A stretch of DNA of 64,000 bases from Paecilomyces variotii. Lineage: Eukaryota. The stretch lies in the NCBI GenBank assembly GCA_004022145.1, contig RCNU01000006.1, one strand, 5' to 3'. Positions within the stretch are counted from its first letter, which is position 1; every line of letters begins with the position of its first letter. Both the position numbers and the translations under genes were made by a program. Positions 63,205-64,000 of this stretch are shown here, in pieces. Under the pieces are notes generated by a model. The model searched no databases and was not told the origin of the DNA. It saw nothing but the letters and a program-made list of their open reading frames with translations.

Positions 63205-63276
63205 GCGTCGATGGTGTAGCGGTTCGCATACAACTCTTCCAAAGTTGTGATCCGGGTTCGACTCCCGGTCGACGCA
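63205..63276 (+). tRNA. tRNA-Gly: tRNA-Gly(TCC), intronless
   Basis: GCGTCGA TG GTGT AGCGGTTC GCAT A CAACT CTTCCAA AGTTG TGAT CCGGG TTCGACT CCCGG TCGACGC A; downstream T-runs at 63304-63322. Confidence 0.93.
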
Positions 63277-63534
63277 AATATCGAAATTCGACTTCGAATT
63301 ACCTTTTCGCTTTTTTTTTTTCCCCTTCCGTCTCTTCTTAAAGCCCATGCATCATTCAGTCTGAAGGGGAAAAAAAAATAACCGAAGAGATTTTTTTTTG
63401 TTCCCTGAGATTAAAGCATAATGAATGACAATGAATATATCCTACTATACACTGTCCTAAGTAGTTACATGCGTAATAATCCTCTCTTATAGCAAAAACA
63501 TTCATCCGATATGAACCAAAAAAGGAATGTCACA

Positions 63535-63633
63535 TGACACAGCCGGGAGTCGAACCCGGGTCGGCTGTTTACACAGTTCAGGATTTACCTGATTAATGGA
63601 AGACAGCCATCTTAGCCGTTGGACCACTGTGTC
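63535..63633 (-). tRNA. tRNA-Gly: tRNA-Gly(TCC) with a canonical 27-nt intron at 37/38 (63596-63570)
   Basis: GACACAG TG GTCC AACGGCTA AGAT G GCTGT CTTCCA [intron] A ACAGC CGAC CCGGG TTCGACT CCCGG CTGTGTC A; T6 terminator on the minus strand at ~63518-63523. Confidence 0.9.
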
Positions 63634-64000
63634 TTTGATGACTAATATTGTCGTTTTGGAGTTTTAGCAAGTGGTTTTGGGAATTACTTGAATTATTGTA
63701 TCTGCCGGAGAGATGTATTGGATAGGATTTGTGTCGGGTTTTGTAGATTGGGAGGAGCGGATAAGCGGAATGAGCTTACATTGGGGGATCTAGTTAAGAT
63801 GAGCGATGCTACAGTACATTAGGTATATGATCACCAGAGGATAAAATAATGACTTGGTGAAATTTTATAATATCATTACCATTAGACTTGCTATAACCCA
63901 CATGCATAAAGTACAGTTCAGTTTGCCTCCGTTCAGTCGTTATTGAAGATGGATATCGTGACCACCCGTACACTTTTTAACGTCATGTTAGACAGAAAGC

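Overview
Eukaryotic genomic DNA from a filamentous ascomycete, most likely Eurotiales (Aspergillus/Penicillium/Talaromyces-like). This is inferred from short GT-AG introns with CTRAC branch points, a solitary H4.2-type histone and a RIP-like mutated transposon. The left part carries housekeeping genes: SAP/Tho1-like RNP protein, a large protein with a C-terminal methyltransferase-like domain, peroxisomal adenine nucleotide carrier, histone H4 and PP1 glycogen-targeting subunit Gac1 (with a 1-nt frameshift). It also has a caspase-fold orphan with a TA-flanked MITE just after its stop. A gene-poor ~9.7 kb stretch is followed by a full-length, heavily RIP-mutated Copia LTR retrotransposon (33433-38845). 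The right part is accessory-like: an orphan with histone-tail-like motifs, BTB, RING-ZZ-SH3, F-box and BEM46-type hydrolase genes, several pseudogene relics, a second caspase-fold protein beside a TPR/NLR-like relic, a HAD hydrolase, a Dabb protein and three tRNA genes. The stand-out observation is an otherwise perfect initiator tRNA-Met gene (53133-53262) interrupted between positions 27 and 28 by a 58-nt insert with all the hallmarks of a spliceosomal (GT..CTAAC..AG) mRNA-type intron, not a tRNA-endonuclease intron. All protein family calls come from motif recognition by eye, not database searches.
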